This document shows positions 59,440 through 64,000 of a stretch of 64,000 bases of DNA, piece after piece (the stretch's first letter is position 1; each line of letters opens with the position of its first letter). The notes under the pieces were generated by a model. The model searched no databases and was not told the DNA's origin. It saw only the letters and a program-made list of their open reading frames with translations. A program made the position numbers and the translations under genes. Origin of the DNA: Candidatus Omnitrophota bacterium (lineage in GTDB: Bacteria; Omnitrophota; Gorgyraeia; Gygaellales; UBA12090); contig JAUSCZ010000029.1 in assembly GCA_030674475.1 (NCBI GenBank), positions 66,357-130,356 of the forward strand, given 5' to 3'.

Positions 59440-60507
59440 ATGTTTGAGAAATTAGAAAATATAGAAAAGCGTTATGTCGAGCTGGAGCATAAGCTGGCTG
59501 ACCCGGTGCTTATCCAGGATAAAAACCAATATCAGAAATTGGCCAAGGAGTTCTCCGACATTGGGGAGGCGGTTAATAAATACCGCCGGTTAAAAACTTT
59601 GTCGGGAGAATTAAAAGAGCTTGAGGAAATGGCCAAGAATGAATCCGCGGACGCGGAATTCGGGCTGTTGGTTAAAAAAGAAATTCCGGAATTAAGGGAA
59701 AAAATAACTAATCTTGAAAGAGAATTAAAAAAACTCCTTCAGGGGGAGGATACGGAAGAAAACCGGGATGTCATAGTTGAAATCCGGGCCGGAACCGGAG
59801 GGGATGAAGCCGGTATATTTGTGGGAAATCTTTTTAGGATGTATAATAAGTATGCCCTGAATCATAAGTGGGATGTAGAAATGATGTCCGGGAATCCTAC
59901 GGAAGTGGGAGGCTTTAAAGAGGCAATTTTTTCAGTTAAAGGAAAAGGCGCCTACAGAGGCTTTAAGTATGAATCCGGGGTGCATCGAGTCCAGCGGGTG
60001 CCGGCAACCGAGGCCTCGGGGCGAATCCATACCTCAACCGCCACTGTGGCGGTGATGATGGAGGCTAAGGATGTAGAGATAGTCATTGATCCTAAAGATT
60101 TAAAGATTGATGTCTTCAGGTCTTCGGGGCCCGGGGGACAATCGGTAAACACCACGGATTCGGCAGTGAGGATTACCCATCTGCCCACGGCAACGGTGGT
60201 AACCTGTCAGGACGAACGTTCGCAGTTAAAGAACAGGAATAAGGCCTTAAGGGTGTTAAAGACCAGGATCCTGGATAAGATGCGCCAGGATGAGCTGGCC
60301 AAGATTACCCAGGAGCGCCGCTCGCAGATCGGCACCGGAGACCGCAGTGAGAAGATTAGGACTTATAATTATCCGGATCGCCGGGTAACCGACCACCGGG
60401 TCGGGCTAACCGTGTATCAATTGGAGAGTGTTTTGGAGGGCGAGATTGAAGAGTTTGTGAACGCCCTCTTGGCAGCGGAAGAAGTCAAATACAACGCCGC
60501 AACTTAA
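59440..60507 (+). CDS. prfA: Peptide chain release factor 1
   Basis: PAT specificity loop (QRVPATE), GPGGQ and RSEKIRTYNY. Confidence 0.97.
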   Translation: MFEKLENIEKRYVELEHKLADPVLIQDKNQYQKLAKEFSDIGEAVNKYRRLKTLSGELKELEEMAKNESADAEFGLLVKKEIPELREKITNLERELKKLLQGEDTEENRDVIVEIRAGTGGDEAGIFVGNLFRMYNKYALNHKWDVEMMSGNPTEVGGFKEAIFSVKGKGAYRGFKYESGVHRVQRVPATEASGRIHTSTATVAVMMEAKDVEIVIDPKDLKIDVFRSSGPGGQSVNTTDSAVRITHLPTATVVTCQDERSQLKNRNKALRVLKTRILDKMRQDELAKITQERRSQIGTGDRSEKIRTYNYPDRRVTDHRVGLTVYQLESVLEGEIEEFVNALLAAEEVKYNAAT

Positions 60508-60511
60508 AAAT

Positions 60512-61348
60512 ATGACCGAGAAAGAGATTTTGCTTAGTTCGATATTTAACTGTTCCCGAAGCGCCTTGTATAGCCAGGAGTGGTCTTTAACTGCCGCGCA
60601 AGCTAAAAAGTTATCCGAGGCTTTATTTTTACGCTCTCAAGGGGTGCCTTTGCAGTATATCCTGGGTGAGGTGGAGTTTTTTGGGCTGGTGTTTCAGGTA
60701 GACAGCAGGGTTCTCATTCCCCGTCCGGAGACGGAAATTTTGGTGGAGACAGTTTTAAAGAAAATCAAAAATCAAAAAATCCCTGTCTGCCGGCAGACAG
60801 AAAAAATCAAAATTCTGGATGTGGGAACCGGTTCGGGCTGTATTGCCATAAGTTTAGCCAAATTTCTCACCTTCGCGCGAGTAACCGCGATTGATATGTC
60901 AGGGGATGCCCTAAGCGCGGCCAAAGAAAACGCGAGCAAGAATTCAGTCCGCGATAGAATAAATTTTCTTCCGAGCGATCTGTTTTCAGTTTTCAAGAAA
61001 AATAATGTTAATAATCGCTTAGGGAATTATGATATAATTATCTCTAATCCTCCTTACGTGCGTTCCGGCGACATCAACGGTTTGCAGAAAGAACTTGCCT
61101 ATGAGCCGAGAATGGCTTTGGACGGAGGGGAGGATGGCCTGGATTTTTACCGGCGCGTAATAGCTGAGGCCGGCAATTTTTTGAACAAAGAAGGCCTGCT
61201 TTTTCTGGAGATAGGTTTCAACCAGCGAGAGGATATTGAGAAAATAGTTTTCGCGGGAAATGATTTTGCTGTTGATGAGATAATCAAGGATTATTCGGGG
61301 ATAGAAAGAGTGATGATATTGAGGAAGCATGGAAAAGTTAGTAATTGA
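60512..61348 (+). CDS. prmC: Release factor glutamine methyltransferase
   Basis: LIPRPETE, LDVGTGSG, SNPPY and ALDGGEDGL motifs. Confidence 0.96.
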   Translation: MTEKEILLSSIFNCSRSALYSQEWSLTAAQAKKLSEALFLRSQGVPLQYILGEVEFFGLVFQVDSRVLIPRPETEILVETVLKKIKNQKIPVCRQTEKIKILDVGTGSGCIAISLAKFLTFARVTAIDMSGDALSAAKENASKNSVRDRINFLPSDLFSVFKKNNVNNRLGNYDIIISNPPYVRSGDINGLQKELAYEPRMALDGGEDGLDFYRRVIAEAGNFLNKEGLLFLEIGFNQREDIEKIVFAGNDFAVDEIIKDYSGIERVMILRKHGKVSN

Positions 61349-62591
61349 AGGCGGAATTCCTTTAAAAGGAATTGTTACGGTAAGCGGGGCCAAGAACTCG
61401 GTGCTGCCTCTTTTGGCGGCTTGTCTCTTGACTAACGAGCGCTGTCGGATTAAAAATGTGCCTAATCTCAGGGATGTGTCTACTATGATTAAGATATTGC
61501 GTTCCCTGGGGGCAACCGCTGAATTTTCTAACGGTGAGGTAACTGTTGAAGCCAAAAATCTGAAAAGTCACACCGCTGATTATAAATTAGTTTCTACTAT
61601 GCGGGCATCATTTTGCGTGTTGGGGCCGCTTTTGGGAAGGTTTAGAAAAGCCAAGGTTTCCCTTCCCGGAGGCTGTATTATCGGGGTGAGGCCGGTGGAT
61701 TTACATCTTAAGGGAATTCAGTCCTTGGGAGCGAAGGTAGATATTCAGGGCGGCTATGTGGTGGTTGAAGCCAAACATCTTTGCGGGGGGAATATGTATC
61801 TGGGAGGAGCCTTTGGCTCATCGGTCCTGGCTACGGACAATGTGATGATGGCGGCGGTGTTAGCTAAGGGTAAAACCGTGATTGAATCAGCGGCCTGTGA
61901 GCCTGAGGTAGTGGATTTAGCCAACTTTTTAAACAAGATGGGAGCTAAAATCCGGGGCCAGGGGACGCCCTGCATTGAAATAGAAGGGGTGCGCCACTTG
62001 CACGGAACCGATTATCAGGTAATTCCTGACCGCATTGAGGCCGGCACGCTTGTTTTGGCGGCGGCTATCACCAAAGGTGACTGCGTCATCAAGGGAGCGT
62101 TTAAAGAGCACTTAGCGGCAGTCTTGGATAAGCTGGCTGATTGCGGGGTTAAGATTGAAGACGCGGATGGAGGGTTAAGAGTCCGGCCGCGGAAAAATTT
62201 AAAGCCGGTAAATATTACCACCCTGCCTTATCCTTGCTTTCCTACGGATATGCAGGCCCAGATGATGTCGTTGATGAGCGTAACCCCGGGAGTAAGCGTG
62301 TTTACCGAGAAAATCTATCCGGACAGATTTATGCATGTGGCTGAACTTAACCGGATGGGGGCAAAGATTATGCGCGAAGGCCCCCACGCGATTATCGAAG
62401 GCAAGAAGTCATTGTCCGGAGCTCCGGTGATGGCCTCGGACCTGAGGGCCTCGGCGGCCTTAGTTTTGGCGGGACTGGTGGCTAAGGGTAAGACTGAGAT
62501 TTCCCGTATCTATCACCTTGACCGCGGCTACGAAAATATGGAATTAAAACTGCAAAAGTTAGGGGCCAGGGTCTGGAGGGAGAAGGAATGA
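61329..62591 (+). CDS. murA: UDP-N-acetylglucosamine 1-carboxyvinyltransferase
   Basis: SGAKN, LPGGCIIGVRPVDLH, PDRIEAGT and FPTDMQAQ motifs. Confidence 0.97.
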   Translation: MEKLVIEGGIPLKGIVTVSGAKNSVLPLLAACLLTNERCRIKNVPNLRDVSTMIKILRSLGATAEFSNGEVTVEAKNLKSHTADYKLVSTMRASFCVLGPLLGRFRKAKVSLPGGCIIGVRPVDLHLKGIQSLGAKVDIQGGYVVVEAKHLCGGNMYLGGAFGSSVLATDNVMMAAVLAKGKTVIESAACEPEVVDLANFLNKMGAKIRGQGTPCIEIEGVRHLHGTDYQVIPDRIEAGTLVLAAAITKGDCVIKGAFKEHLAAVLDKLADCGVKIEDADGGLRVRPRKNLKPVNITTLPYPCFPTDMQAQMMSLMSVTPGVSVFTEKIYPDRFMHVAELNRMGAKIMREGPHAIIEGKKSLSGAPVMASDLRASAALVLAGLVAKGKTEISRIYHLDRGYENMELKLQKLGARVWREKE

Positions 62592-62678
62592 AGCCGAATC
62601 ATTCCCATGGAATTATCAACATTATTGTAGGGGCAGGTTCAGAACCTGCCCCTACTCCTGAAAACCATCGGCTTCATT
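62587..62678. repeat. Perfect GTAG-REP palindrome nested in an 11-bp outer inverted repeat
   Basis: AATGAAGCCGA ... GTAGGGGCAGGTTC-A-GAACCTGCCCCTAC ... TCGGCTTCATT. Confidence 0.85.
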
Positions 62679-62698
62679 GATAGAGGAGTTGTAAAGAT

Positions 62699-63268
62699 AT
62701 GATTCTAATGATTGATAATTATGACTCTTTTACTTACAACCTGGTGCAGTATCTGGGTGAATTAGGAGAAAATCTTAAGGTTTTCCGCAACGATAAGATT
62801 ACCCTTAAAAAGATAAAGGCTCTGTGTCCGGGTAAGATTGTGATTTCTCCCGGCCCCGGCACGCCCGCTGAAGCCGGCATATCCAAGGAATTGATTCGGG
62901 AGTTTGCCGGTAAGGTTCCGGTATTAGGGGTATGTCTTGGCCATCAGTGTATCGGTGAGGTTTACGGGGGAAAAGTTATCCCGGCTAAAAGGCTGATGCA
63001 CGGCAAGACCTCGCTTATCTATCATAACTCTAAAAGTATTTTCAAAAATATACCCAACCCTTTTGAGGCTACCCGCTATCATTCCCTGTTGGTAGAAAAA
63101 AAATCCTTGCCGGATTGCTTAGAGATAACTGCCTGGACCAAGGAGGGTGAGATTATGGGCCTACAGCATAAGGAGTATCCTTTATTCGGGGTGCAGTTTC
63201 ATCCTGAGTCAATCTTAACCAAGGCCGGTAAAGACATCTTGAGGAATTTCCTGAAAGTCAAGTTATGA
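62699..63268 (+). CDS. trpG: Anthranilate/aminodeoxychorismate synthase component II
   Basis: [23 protein letters not shown] and QFHPES; precedes trpD. Confidence 0.92.
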   Translation: MILMIDNYDSFTYNLVQYLGELGENLKVFRNDKITLKKIKALCPGKIVISPGPGTPAEAGISKELIREFAGKVPVLGVCLGHQCIGEVYGGKVIPAKRLMHGKTSLIYHNSKSIFKNIPNPFEATRYHSLLVEKKSLPDCLEITAWTKEGEIMGLQHKEYPLFGVQFHPESILTKAGKDILRNFLKVKL

Positions 63269-64000
63269 TAAAAGAAGCCCTCACCGCCTTAATTGACAAA
63301 AACGATCTTACTCAGATTCAGGTGCAATCCGTGTTTGAAGAGATAATGCAAGGCAGGTTGAGTCCGGTGTGGATATCCGCTTTTTTAATTGCCTTGCGGA
63401 TGAAGGGTGAAACCGCGCAAGAGATTACCGGAGCAGCCTTGGCCATGCGCAAGTTTGTCAAAAGAATAAATATTAAAGAAGATGTTGTTTTGGACACCTG
63501 CGGCACCGGAGGGGATATTAAACATACCTTTAATATTTCTACTATTTCGGCCTTGGTGGCCGCCGGATGCGGCCTGGTGGTGGCTAAACACGGAAACCGC
63601 GCGGTCTCTAGTTTATGCGGAAGCGCTGACTTGTTGGAGGCCTTAGGGGTAAATATCAATATAGATGAAAAAAAGGTTGAGGAATGTTTAAGGACCGTAG
63701 GCATTGGATTTCTTTTCGCCCAGAGCCTGCATCCGGCAATGAAATACGCCGCCGGGGTGCGTAAGGAATTAGGCCTGCGCACCATCTTTAACCTCCTGGG
63801 CCCTTTAACCAACCCGGCTTTTGCCACCCATCAGCTGTTGGGGGTTTACGATCCTAAGCTATTGATTGTTTTGGCTAAGGTCCTGGCTAATCTGGGGGTT
63901 AAGCACGGTTTGGTTGTTCACGGTTTAGACGGCTTAGATGAAATTACCACTACCACTTTTACTAAGATATGCGAGCTAAAAAATAAGAAACTGCGCTCTT
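63265..64000 (+). CDS. trpD: Anthranilate phosphoribosyltransferase (runs off the window)
   Basis: Manual translation MIKEALTAL...[14 protein letters not shown]...[20 protein letters not shown]. Confidence 0.95.
   Translation, partial: MIKEALTALIDKNDLTQIQVQSVFEEIMQGRLSPVWISAFLIALRMKGETAQEITGAALAMRKFVKRINIKEDVVLDTCGTGGDIKHTFNISTISALVAAGCGLVVAKHGNRAVSSLCGSADLLEALGVNINIDEKKVEECLRTVGIGFLFAQSLHPAMKYAAGVRKELGLRTIFNLLGPLTNPAFATHQLLGVYDPKLLIVLAKVLANLGVKHGLVVHGLDGLDEITTTTFTKICELKNKKLRS

Overview
Bacterial chromosomal segment. Every real gene I can support lies on the + strand, and most are core genes: a pstS-C-A-B-B-phoU operon; glycogen genes (DUF4912, GH57, glgA); uppS-cdsA-dxr-rseP-ispG-proS-rimP-nusA-infB-trpS with two orphan CpaF/TadA ATPases embedded; queuosine genes; trmD-rplS-rnhB-yraN; a Wood-Ljungdahl cluster (fhs-fchA-folD-metF-cooC-cooS-cooF-NAD/FAD oxidoreductase-acsB) lacking acsC/D/E; and polA, rho, rpmE, prfA, prmC, murA, trpG, trpD. 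The gene content suggests an anaerobic PVC-type organism such as Candidatus Omnitrophota (inference only). There are two small accessory patches (26.9-30.4 kb and 36.2-37.4 kb). The main unexplained signal is that almost every intergenic gap, and several coding sequences, carry small palindromic elements. These are inverted arms built of 6-9 nt tandem units, dispersed near-identical copies in both orientations, and micro-hairpins nested inside one another; several supply the ribosome-binding site or add in-frame peptides to core proteins. The two PstB ATPases also show complementary motif degeneration, consistent with an asymmetric heterodimer.
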